NCBI GenBank assembly: GCA_044236265.1
Contig: JBIIGV010000012.1
Coordinates: 1 to 40,152 of the forward strand
DNA: 40,152 bases
Source of the DNA: Oligoflexales bacterium
GTDB taxonomy: Bacteria; Bdellovibrionota_B; Oligoflexia; Oligoflexales; RGVZ01
Reading direction: 5' to 3'
A program made the translations under genes and the position numbers. The notes beneath the pieces are model-generated. The model saw only the letters and a program-made list of their open reading frames with translations, did not search any database and was not told where the DNA came from. Below are positions 19,267-27,699 of the stretch, one piece after another (the first letter of the stretch is position 1; each line of letters starts with the position of its first letter).

Positions 19267-20145
19267 ATGATCTCTCTAGTTCACCTGAAATACTTTCGTG
19301 ATGCCGCACTGCTAGGTGGAATTGGCCCTGCCGCGAAGCGAAATTTTGTAAGCCCGTCAGCAGTTAGCCAAGCAATCAAAAGTTTAGAATCTTATCTCGA
19401 GGCCGAGTTACTCGAGCATGCTAAGAATCAATTTTTTTTAACTGCGCAGGGCAAAGTTCTGCTTGAGCACTGCCATTCTGTGTTTGCAGCCGCAGAGAAT
19501 ATGCAGGATGAAATTAAATCGTCCCAAGGATCGACGAAGGGTGATGTGGTCTTTGCAACGCAGCAAAGTATAGCCCACTTCGTTATGCCAGATTTTATTG
19601 CGAGGATGAGTACTGATTACCCAGATATTAAACCAAAAATTGGCCTTGCAACCACTGATATTGTTCATAATTGGGTCATGGACCGTACAATCGATTTCGG
19701 GATTTCGGTTGATAACTTTGGCGAGCATAATTTAATGGCGATTCCTTTGTATCGTGGGTCTTTTGTATTTATCGAGGGATTGGAACTTCCTAAAAAACAA
19801 AATAAAAACCGTGGCTTCGTTCTTCCGGGTGAAACTACTCGCGAATCCAAAGCATTTAAATCAAACTTTGAAAAGCAATTTAAACAAGCACCCAATGTGC
19901 TGCTTGAAATCGGGAGCTGGGGTGTCATCAAAAGGCTTGCTGAGACTGGCTTCGGTGTAGGCCTTGTGCCGGACTACTTAGTACGATTTGATCGCAACAA
20001 AACAGTTCGTGAAGTGAAGATGGATCTTCCCCAGGTTACCTATGAAATTAATGCCTATTATTGCCGGAAACGACAAAAACTGACCCGACAAAGTCAGGTG
20101 TTTCTTGAAGAGTTAGAATCGTTTATGGCGCAACTAAAACATTAA
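19267..20145 (+). CDS. LysR-family transcriptional regulator
   Basis: 292 aa with N-terminal HTH LKYFRDAA...AAKRNFVSPSAVSQAIKSLE...LTAQG and substrate-domain motif GFGVGLVP. Confidence 0.95.
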   Translation: MISLVHLKYFRDAALLGGIGPAAKRNFVSPSAVSQAIKSLESYLEAELLEHAKNQFFLTAQGKVLLEHCHSVFAAAENMQDEIKSSQGSTKGDVVFATQQSIAHFVMPDFIARMSTDYPDIKPKIGLATTDIVHNWVMDRTIDFGISVDNFGEHNLMAIPLYRGSFVFIEGLELPKKQNKNRGFVLPGETTRESKAFKSNFEKQFKQAPNVLLEIGSWGVIKRLAETGFGVGLVPDYLVRFDRNKTVREVKMDLPQVTYEINAYYCRKRQKLTRQSQVFLEELESFMAQLKH

Positions 20146-20425
20146 GAAATTTTTCCGTCACCGTGGTTCTGGGTTTCAAGCAAAATAATCTATCAGGTTT
20201 TAAGTTCCTAATCCAAACTTCAGACTCATCAGGCACCTAGCGATGCACAGCATCGCGGCTGTAAACGAACACAAAGTGACAATCGGGAACGGATTCTTTC
20301 ATCCCGTTGACGTGTCCGGGCTCATTATTAAAAGCGGGCACTACAAACCATTTGCAGCAGAGACTCTGGCTTGCTCTTGCTTAAACTCAAAGTCGCTGTG
20401 ACGAGCTTTCGGTATTAATATCAGA

Positions 20426-21283
20426 TCATCTGGCGAATGATTCTTTTATTACAGCCATCAAATAACGCACCGTCGCCACATTTTTTGACTCACTGCGAAC
20501 CACCATGCAAATCTCATCACGATATGTTGGCGCCAGTCTGATCTTCGAAAGGGGCCGCATCGCGCGCTCCGCGACACGCGTTGGAAGAATACCAACCCCG
20601 CATCCGTGAGCTGTTAAATCTGCGGCAATTTCTAGATTCCCCGTCTCAATGGTCCGATCAGCTCTAATCCCTATTTTTGCAGATTTTTTCAAAACCACTT
20701 GGGACTGAATTAAGTCTGGATCAATGATGACTGGCAATTCTGACAAATTTCGACCACGTAGCGACTCAGAAACCCACAAGGTAACGTCATCATGTGCAAG
20801 TCGCGTAATTACGAGGTCTGGATGCTTCACTGGATTCACTACAATACCGATATCTACGGTAGACGATATGACAGACTCAGTAATTCTTCGCGATAGGTCA
20901 TGAACAAGCTTGATTTCAAGCCTTGGATGCTCGCGCATGACCTTCGGAAGAAACCCTCCAAGTGAATATAAGGCCACAGATGCATGACAGCCAATCACAT
21001 ATCGTCCTTGGATTTCTTGCATGGATGCCAGCGTCTGCGACTTTACCTGACTCCAAGCCTGAAACAACGAATTTGCGTGACTCAGAAGCTGCTTGCCGGC
21101 TTGAGTCAATGCCAGACCACGCTTACTTCGAAAAAAAACCTTAGCACCCACAGACTCCTCAATCCGTTGTATGGCCAATGAAAGTGACGGCTGTGTAATA
21201 CCCAATCGCTCCGCAGCCCTTGACATATTGAGAGTCCCGGCAGCTTCGCAGAAATATCTAAGATCATAAGAAGACGGCATCAT
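20426..21283 (-). CDS. LysR-family transcriptional regulator
   Basis: LRYFCEAAGTLNMSRAAERLGITQPSLSLAIQRIE...LTQAG and GCGVGILP. Confidence 0.96.
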   Translation of the reverse strand: MMPSSYDLRYFCEAAGTLNMSRAAERLGITQPSLSLAIQRIEESVGAKVFFRSKRGLALTQAGKQLLSHANSLFQAWSQVKSQTLASMQEIQGRYVIGCHASVALYSLGGFLPKVMREHPRLEIKLVHDLSRRITESVISSTVDIGIVVNPVKHPDLVITRLAHDDVTLWVSESLRGRNLSELPVIIDPDLIQSQVVLKKSAKIGIRADRTIETGNLEIAADLTAHGCGVGILPTRVAERAMRPLSKIRLAPTYRDEICMVVRSESKNVATVRYLMAVIKESFAR

Positions 21284-21296
21284 AGTTTTTGCCTAT
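21282..21296. promoter_or_regulatory. LysR-type operator overlapping the regulator's own start
   Basis: ATAG-N7-CTAT, the classical T-N11-A box. Confidence 0.5.
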
Positions 21297-21401
21297 TACA
21301 TTAATTATTTTTACCAATTTTTCTTATAGGAGGATTTGGTTCATATTGCAAGAGTCGCTTAACGAGAAATATAGACAACCCAAATCATGATAGGAGAAAT
21401 T

Positions 21402-22139
21402 ATGACAAGAACGTTTGACCCAGAGCGTCGCGAAATACTGAAAAAAGCGGGTGTAGCTGGATTTGGAACAATTGCAGCAGGGCTTATGCTCAGTGGTGCT
21501 GCTCGCGCTCTTACGGAAACACTGACCCCACGGCAGCCGGAAGGGCCATTCTATCCAGTCAAAGACCAACTCGATAAAGATGCCGACATGACCCAAGTGA
21601 CTGGACATGAGGAGTCAGCAACGGGGCAGAGGGTAAAACTTTCAGGACAAGTGATTGATGTCACGACTGGTGCAGCAGTAGTAGGTGCAATTGTAGAGTT
21701 TTGGCAGGCCTGCGAATCTGGACGGTACAATCATCCTAAGGATCCAAATAACGCGCCTTTGGATCCTCATTTCCAGTATTGGGCACAGGTTAGAAGCGAT
21801 CAACAAGGCCGCTTTGGATTACTGACAATTAAGCCCGGAGCTTACCCAGCTGATGGCACATGGATACGTCCACCGCACATTCATATCAAAGTCCATAAAC
21901 CAGGTTACCCCTCCCTCACCACGCAGATTTATTTTGCCGGAGATCCCCTGAATAATTCAGACCTAATTCTTCAAAGGCTGTCGCAAGACCAGCGTTCGCT
22001 GGTGATCGTAGATTTCAAACAAAATCATTTGAGTGATTTCTGGGAAGGCAGCTGGACAATTTTTGTCGCCCCCTTCGTATCCGGTCGTCTCATCAACGAC
22101 ATGCAAAGTACTCAGATAACGACACCAGATTTAGATTAA
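21402..22139 (+). CDS. Tat-exported intradiol ring-cleavage dioxygenase family protein (protocatechuate 3,4-dioxygenase-like)
   Basis: Twin-arginine ERREILK, then TPRQPEGPFYP, VEFWQACESGRY, TIKPGAYP and RPPHIH (2 Tyr + 2 His iron ligands). ATG 21402 follows AGGAG. Confidence 0.9.
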   Translation: MTRTFDPERREILKKAGVAGFGTIAAGLMLSGAARALTETLTPRQPEGPFYPVKDQLDKDADMTQVTGHEESATGQRVKLSGQVIDVTTGAAVVGAIVEFWQACESGRYNHPKDPNNAPLDPHFQYWAQVRSDQQGRFGLLTIKPGAYPADGTWIRPPHIHIKVHKPGYPSLTTQIYFAGDPLNNSDLILQRLSQDQRSLVIVDFKQNHLSDFWEGSWTIFVAPFVSGRLINDMQSTQITTPDLD

Positions 22140-22163
22140 CAAAACAACTTACGAGGTAGAATC

Positions 22164-22652
22164 ATGAGATTAGTTAGAAGAATGTTTTTTATCGCTGCAG
22201 GTCTTACGTCAAATTTTGCCCTGAGCGCCGAGCATCACAAGTCTTTTAAGGCTTTAGTTAATTTTGGAGCGTTAGAAGAAATAGAGGAGAGCCACGGACT
22301 TTACAAGGTGAAGACGTCAGACAAGACTGCACCGATTGAAATAATTCGGGACCATCGCAATCCAGTCATAGAATACAGGATACGAACAGTGCGATCAGCC
22401 GGATGGATTGACTATTCAAGCCTTGCACTTTTCCGCGAACGCGCAGCGGAAACTTTTGGATTCGTCCAAGCCGAAATCGATGTCAAGACATCATCTTTAT
22501 GTAGATTTCGCCGTTTTCCATATGGCGACCCGATGTCATTTCTTGAAACCGTTTCCAAATATACTTTTACGGTGGCGCTTGAAGACGATCGCCCACCGGT
22601 AATACTTGAGTCCTCGCTCGTGACACAAGAAGCCTCCGCCCAGTGCCCGTGA
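22164..22652 (+). CDS. Hypothetical exported protein, likely co-transcribed with the dioxygenase
   Basis: Signal peptide ending ALSA, GAGGT RBS, two Cys, 24-nt gap from the upstream gene. Confidence 0.7.
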   Translation: MRLVRRMFFIAAGLTSNFALSAEHHKSFKALVNFGALEEIEESHGLYKVKTSDKTAPIEIIRDHRNPVIEYRIRTVRSAGWIDYSSLALFRERAAETFGFVQAEIDVKTSSLCRFRRFPYGDPMSFLETVSKYTFTVALEDDRPPVILESSLVTQEASAQCP

Positions 22653-22766
22653 TTTTAACTGGAGATGATGGAAAGTATTGATGTCGAGATCAAACGGAAG
22701 AATTTTCATCATGAAGCGTGGAGTTTAATTGGAAGTGCGCACTACGAGTCTTGTGTAGTTTTACAG

Positions 22767-22805
22767 AAAAAAGTACCCGGCTTGCCGTCCTATCGGAAGC
22801 CGGGT
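22767..22805 (-). terminator. Rho-independent terminator
   Basis: Stem ACCCGGCTT/AAGCCGGGT plus 3 further bp, followed on the minus strand by ACTTTTTT. Confidence 0.75.
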
Positions 22806-22934
22806 CATTGACGTTATCACTACTAATTATCCAAATTTACTTCTAAAATTATTTTACGCTAAGTCAATTTTCTTTAGCCGGATGAAACAACGCGCAGGGA
22901 CCGTGTTCAGCACTGCGGCCATCTTGACACTCAA

Positions 22935-23501
22935 TTAAGGTTTTTTCGCCAGATCACATTTTGATGTGCCAGCATTCCACGTGCCTTCAACCGTGTACTT
23001 CACATCGTTTGAAGTGTTGAAGTTCACGCCGGAAATCGTAAGCGTGGTCTTTTTTAATGGTGTCTCAACTTCGTAAGCCACAATTTCGATGCTGTATTGT
23101 GCTTTGTCCAAGCGCCACTTGTACGAGTCTTGCGTTACCATGAGATTGCCGGCTTTACCAATCGTCGGGTCAAAAACCCATGGTGTTGGCTGATCCAAGT
23201 CACCTTTGGGGTCACGTGTTGGCGTGACTGACAAAGCTCCCGCAATAACCTTTGCTCCAGGACTCGAGTCATACCATCGACCGGTCCCGATACACTTACC
23301 AATCTCAATAGATACTGTGAGCTGGGGAATCTGATCTAACGAAACATCCGAAATCGCACCAACCTGAGCTGCTGCAATAGTCGCATCACCAGATGAAGCG
23401 CCCTGGGGCGAAGACCCAGGAGCATTTGTAGTGGTCACCTCTTTGCAAGACACAAGTAAAACAGTGCTGATAGCAAAAGTGGTCATCATTTTGTTTTTCA
23501 T
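22935..23501 (-). CDS. Hypothetical lipoprotein translationally coupled to cmk
   Basis: Lipobox LVSC, ATGA overlap with the cmk stop, two additional Cys. Confidence 0.8.
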   Translation of the reverse strand: MKNKMMTTFAISTVLLVSCKEVTTTNAPGSSPQGASSGDATIAAAQVGAISDVSLDQIPQLTVSIEIGKCIGTGRWYDSSPGAKVIAGALSVTPTRDPKGDLDQPTPWVFDPTIGKAGNLMVTQDSYKWRLDKAQYSIEIVAYEVETPLKKTTLTISGVNFNTSNDVKYTVEGTWNAGTSKCDLAKKP

Positions 23502-24211
23502 ACCAGCCCCTTTGAGCGTATCAGCTCTTTGAGATTTGCAATCGCCTGTGCCACATCCATATCTGACGTATCAAATAATACCGCATCCTCTGCACGACGC
23601 ATAGGAGCGGAGTCTCGTTGGCTATCTTGATCATCACGCAGGGCGATAGCCCTCATGACGTCATCATGGGAAAGATCGATTCGGGAACCAGTCTTCTCAA
23701 GTTGTTTCAGTCGGCGGGCCGCACGTTGTTCAAGACTCGCGGTCATAAATATCTTCAAATCCGCATCCGGAAAAATAACAGTTCCAATGTCTCGGCCATC
23801 AACCATGGCTCCTTTAGGAGCAGACAACGAGAGCTTTCTTTGAATGGGAAGAAGTGACTCGCGAACCATAGGCATTTTGGCCACTGCACTCGCGCCATTG
23901 CCAGCCTCGACGCTGTTGAGGCGCGGTGTCACGTCATCGACACCTACAAATAATCTAGCCGTTTCATGCTCCCAGCGTGCAGACTCGGAAAATTCTTCTA
24001 GTATTTTTCTGATTTCAGGTCCCTCAACAAGGGATACGCCACGATCCAAACAAAGTAGCCCGACAGCTCGGTAGAGTGCTCCAGTATTCACATAAGACCA
24101 TCCGAGGTCCTTACACACAGTCGCGCAAATACTACTTTTGCCAGAGCCGGCAGGGCCATCAACTGCAACAATCTTGGGGCGCGTCATATTGTAAAGATCC
24201 ACCATCGTCAT
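23498..24211 (-). CDS. cmk: Cytidylate kinase
   Basis: VAVDGPAGSGKS P-loop, NTGALYRA, DGRDIGTVIFPDADLKIFMTAS and RDDQDSQRDSAPM. Lies downstream of aroA. Confidence 0.97.
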   Translation of the reverse strand: MTMVDLYNMTRPKIVAVDGPAGSGKSSICATVCKDLGWSYVNTGALYRAVGLLCLDRGVSLVEGPEIRKILEEFSESARWEHETARLFVGVDDVTPRLNSVEAGNGASAVAKMPMVRESLLPIQRKLSLSAPKGAMVDGRDIGTVIFPDADLKIFMTASLEQRAARRLKQLEKTGSRIDLSHDDVMRAIALRDDQDSQRDSAPMRRAEDAVLFDTSDMDVAQAIANLKELIRSKGLV

Positions 24212-24221
24212 ACCCGAAATT

Positions 24222-25592
24222 TTATTTGGTCCCTGAAGTTATATTCTGGAACGCGCGACGAAACAAAGGAAAACTTGTATCAATCCACGATACCCCCTTG
24301 ATTTTGGATGGAGCGTCAGCTTTTGTGGCTAAAATCATGGCCGACATGACCAGGCGGTGATCGTCACTCTCAAATGAAAAGGCATTGACAGGTCGAATTC
24401 CGGAGCCATACACACGCAACCAGTCCGCCCCATTCTCCACCCTAACACCGGCAGCTCCCAGTAAATGGACAAGCTGTGAAAGGCGATCACTTTCTTTGAC
24501 GCGCAACTCACTAAGGCCTTCGAAAAGTGAAACTCCGTCGGCAAAAGTCGCAACAATCGCCAGCACCGGAACTTCATCTATCATTCGCACGGTCACCGCA
24601 GCCGGCACATGGATGGGCTTTAGGGATAAAACAGCACCTGATTTTACTCCCAGATCAGCCACACGCTCTCCGAGACATTCTGGATCTGCTTTTTCGTTAC
24701 TCCAGCAAACCTCAACACCCATCTCTGCAAGTTTTTCATAAAACCCGATTCTCGATTTATTTTTGATGAGGCGCTGTGCATTGATCTGCAAGCTAGGGTG
24801 AATCGCCGACATGGCAGCAAAAAAAGCTACGCTCGAAGGGTCGGCAGGAATCGTGCACTCAAATGGATTTGGTCGCCACGGGCCAACAACCGAAACGATC
24901 TCTCGCTCCCCTGGCACGAGACGCCTGATCGAAGCACCTAAGTGCTGCAACATAGTCTCAGTGTGATCGCGCGAGCCGGCAGGTAGTTCGACGACCGTCT
25001 CACCGCGAGTCGATAGACCAGCAAAAAGTAAGGCTGACTTTAGCTGCGCGGACGCAATTGCCAGAGTGTGTGTTCGAGGATTTAAAGAACGACTGGTTAT
25101 GGTAAGTGGGAGTTTGCCGGGGGATTTTGTGTAGGAGATTTCAGCCCCCATGTTCCGCAGGGGTTCGACGACGCGCCCCATCGGTCGGCTGCGCAGTGAG
25201 TCATCTCCAGTCAGTGAACACTTAAAATCTTTTAGCGATGAGAAAAGACCGATGAGCAGTCTTGCAGCCGTACCACTGTTGCCGAGATCAAGTGGATGAT
25301 CTGGTTGCTGCAAATGATCAAGCCCTTTGGACGTCACGATCCACTGCGGCTCTCCCGCATCATTGATCGCGTCTTGAAATGTCACACCGCAATCAGCAAA
25401 CGCTCGTCTCATGGCAAGGCAGTCGCTGCCTGTCAAAGGATTTGCAATTCTCGACGTACCGGCAGCCATCGATGCAAGCATGATGGCTCGATGAGTCATT
25501 GACTTATCGGGTGATGGAGGAGCTGTCGCGATCATTCGCTCAGCATCAACAACCATCGGTTTGACTATGATCTCATCCTCAGTCTGATGCAA
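24222..25592 (-). CDS. aroA: 3-phosphoshikimate 1-carboxyvinyltransferase (EPSP synthase)
   Basis: DKSMTHRA, LGNSGTAARL, GDDSLRSRPM, SAQLKSA, RDHTE, LRVKESDR and DDHR motifs. Confidence 0.97.
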   Translation of the reverse strand: MHQTEDEIIVKPMVVDAERMIATAPPSPDKSMTHRAIMLASMAAGTSRIANPLTGSDCLAMRRAFADCGVTFQDAINDAGEPQWIVTSKGLDHLQQPDHPLDLGNSGTAARLLIGLFSSLKDFKCSLTGDDSLRSRPMGRVVEPLRNMGAEISYTKSPGKLPLTITSRSLNPRTHTLAIASAQLKSALLFAGLSTRGETVVELPAGSRDHTETMLQHLGASIRRLVPGEREIVSVVGPWRPNPFECTIPADPSSVAFFAAMSAIHPSLQINAQRLIKNKSRIGFYEKLAEMGVEVCWSNEKADPECLGERVADLGVKSGAVLSLKPIHVPAAVTVRMIDEVPVLAIVATFADGVSLFEGLSELRVKESDRLSQLVHLLGAAGVRVENGADWLRVYGSGIRPVNAFSFESDDHRLVMSAMILATKADAPSKIKGVSWIDTSFPLFRRAFQNITSGTK

Positions 25593-25648
25593 AGCCCCTC
25601 CACTCGATCGCCCAAGAAAGGTCGAAAGCGTAGCTGCTACCGATCATT

Positions 25649-26596
25649 TTATTGTTCGATGACTTTGCCCATGTGAAGGTACTTATTAAATCGTTCATCG
25701 CGCAGGGTGTCAGGAGATTTACTCTGCAACTCTCGCAACGCCTTGACGATCTGCGCACGCACACGATCGGCCGTTGTCGTTAAATCACGATGCGCGCCAC
25801 CCTCAGGCTCCTTGATAATGCCGTCAATCACACCCAACTCTAAAGCGCTTTTTGCAGTGATTTTTAGCATTTCTGCCGCAGTTGGGGCCTCGGCTGCACT
25901 TTTCATGAGAATCGATGCGCAACCTTCCGGCGAAATCACCGAGTAGACACCGTGCTCGAGCATATAGACGCGATTTGCAACTGCAATTGCCAGCGCACCA
26001 CCACTACCACCTTCACCGGTCACAACCGTCACCAAGGGAACTCGCAAGCGCGTCATCACCATGATGTTTTTGGCAATCGCTTCACTTTGACCGCGCTCTT
26101 CTGCATCGATTCCAGGGTAAGCACCCGGTGTATCGACAAGTGTAACGATCGGAAGTTTGAATCGCTCCGCCATACTCATGAGACGCAGAGCTTTACGGTA
26201 CCCCTCCGGTCTTGGCATGCCGAAATTTCTAAAAATATTGTCTTTCGTGCCGCGGCCTTTTTGATGACCGATGATCACAATCGGAATATCGTCCATGCGC
26301 GCGAGACCGCCAACGATGGACTTATCATCCAAAAAGTTTCGGTCGCCATGGAGCTCAATAAAGCCAGTCGTCATCTCGGCAATAAGCTCAAGAGAGTTCG
26401 GACGCTTCGGATGCCGGGCAATCTGCGTTGACTCATAGGGTGTCAAATTGGCAAAAATTTGCTCACGAATGGCTTTTGCCTTGTTTTCCAGGTCTGCAAG
26501 CTCGCCATCGACATTTTTAAGCTGGCTCGATGCGATACGCTTCAATTCATCGATGCGACGTTCAAGATCAACCAGTGGCTTTTCAAAAGGAATCAC
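25649..26596 (-). CDS. accA: Acetyl-CoA carboxylase carboxyltransferase alpha subunit
   Basis: ARHPKRP, ELHGDR, RNFGMPRPEGYRKALR, DTPGAYPG..AEERGQSEAIA, GEGGSGGALA and YSVISPEGCASIL. Confidence 0.98.
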   Translation of the reverse strand: MIPFEKPLVDLERRIDELKRIASSQLKNVDGELADLENKAKAIREQIFANLTPYESTQIARHPKRPNSLELIAEMTTGFIELHGDRNFLDDKSIVGGLARMDDIPIVIIGHQKGRGTKDNIFRNFGMPRPEGYRKALRLMSMAERFKLPIVTLVDTPGAYPGIDAEERGQSEAIAKNIMVMTRLRVPLVTVVTGEGGSGGALAIAVANRVYMLEHGVYSVISPEGCASILMKSAAEAPTAAEMLKITAKSALELGVIDGIIKEPEGGAHRDLTTTADRVRAQIVKALRELQSKSPDTLRDERFNKYLHMGKVIEQ

Positions 26597-26806
26597 GACT
26601 TCAACCCCCCACTTAGGACCCGTGTCTCAGGGCCTTTCAACATCTACGCGTTTTCAAAACAATCCAATGACTCTAGGATACCCAATTAAGTTCGCTATTT
26701 ATCGAGCGTCACAGTCATGAACCAGCATTTTGACCCATTTCGGGATGGCTTGTCACCATGGGACTTAGGCCGGAGGCGGCATCTGGTAAAAAATTTTGGC
26801 GGGTAG

Positions 26807-26836
26807 TTGCTTTTGGGACCCGCATGTGGCTAAAAT
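26807..26836 (+). promoter_or_regulatory. Putative sigma70 promoter of ihfB
   Basis: TTGCTT-N18-TAAAAT upstream of the GAGGTGAGG RBS. Confidence 0.4.
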
Positions 26837-26883
26837 AATAGGAGGTAATCGGAATTAGCCGATCAGAATCTCTGAGGTGAGGC

Positions 26884-27168
26884 ATGGTTAAATCAGAACT
26901 CGTTGAAGGTTTGGCAGAGCGCGCGGATATCACTCTTGCGAAAGCAGAGGAAGTCGTCGATTTATTTTTCAACTCTGTTGCTGAAACTCTCTGTCGAGGT
27001 GACCGCGTCGAGATTCGTGGATTCGGTGCATTCACGGTTCGTGAGTACAAAACCTACGAAGGCCGCAACCCTAAGACTGGCGAGAAGATCGTCGTTCCAC
27101 CAAAGCGCTTACCTTTCTGGAAAACTGGCCAGGAGCTGAAGCAGCGCGTTGACTCAGCATTTTCCTGA
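26884..27168 (+). CDS. ihfB: Integration host factor subunit beta
   Basis: MVKSELV...GDRVEIRGFGAF...GRNPKTGE...PFWKTGQELKQRV, the IHF-beta-type signature. Confidence 0.88.
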   Translation: MVKSELVEGLAERADITLAKAEEVVDLFFNSVAETLCRGDRVEIRGFGAFTVREYKTYEGRNPKTGEKIVVPPKRLPFWKTGQELKQRVDSAFS

Positions 27169-27204
27169 ATTATTCAGAGGATTTTCCTCCTAAAAAGATT
27201 CACA

Positions 27205-27234
27205 GCGCCCGGGAGTTTCCTGGGCGTTTTTTTT
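27205..27234 (+). terminator. Rho-independent terminator of ihfB
   Basis: CGCCCGGGA-gtt-TCCTGGGCG stem followed by T8. Confidence 0.88.
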
Positions 27235-27377
27235 AGATCGGTTGATACGTTGGTTTGAATTTTATTTAGTGACGCCCGAGGGGGCTTGACAACCCCGGGG
27301 GTGGAACTGATATTTCGGGAACAATCGCAACACTGAGACGGCTGGTTTATCGCCAAAACGTCGTGAGGATTACGAAG

Positions 27378-27599
27378 ATGCCAATCTATGAATACCAATG
27401 TGAAGCCTGCAGCAAGTCGACAGAAGTCATGCAAAAATCGACAGATCCGGCTCCCGCGACCTGCGAAAGCTGTGGAAAAGGCCCCATGGTGAAACAGCTA
27501 AGCATGTCCTCGTTTGCTTTGAAGGGAACGGGCTGGTATGTGACCGACTTCAAAGGTGGCTCCTCGACCCAAAAAACAACAACGAGTTCAGAGTCTTAG
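27378..27599 (+). CDS. FmdB-family zinc-ribbon protein
   Basis: MPIYEYQCEAC...CESCG...FALKGTGWYVTDF. ATG 27378 follows GAGGA, and TTGACA-N17-GATATT lies upstream (27286-27314). Confidence 0.95.
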   Translation: MPIYEYQCEACSKSTEVMQKSTDPAPATCESCGKGPMVKQLSMSSFALKGTGWYVTDFKGGSSTQKTTTSSES

Positions 27600-27699
27600 C
27601 CTAAATATTAGATTTACCTGTTCACGCACAGTGATTAATAGTTGACCATACTAACTTTATTAAATATAGACCCCTGGAATTCTAATTCAGGGGTTTTCT

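Noticed and set aside
21402..22139. Assigning pcaG/pcaH
   Set aside because: This is a single Tat-signal subunit with no partner subunit or pathway genes, so the substrate cannot be assigned.
22665..22811. 48-aa ORF downstream of 22652
   Set aside because: It runs through the terminator hairpin and has no protein-like features.
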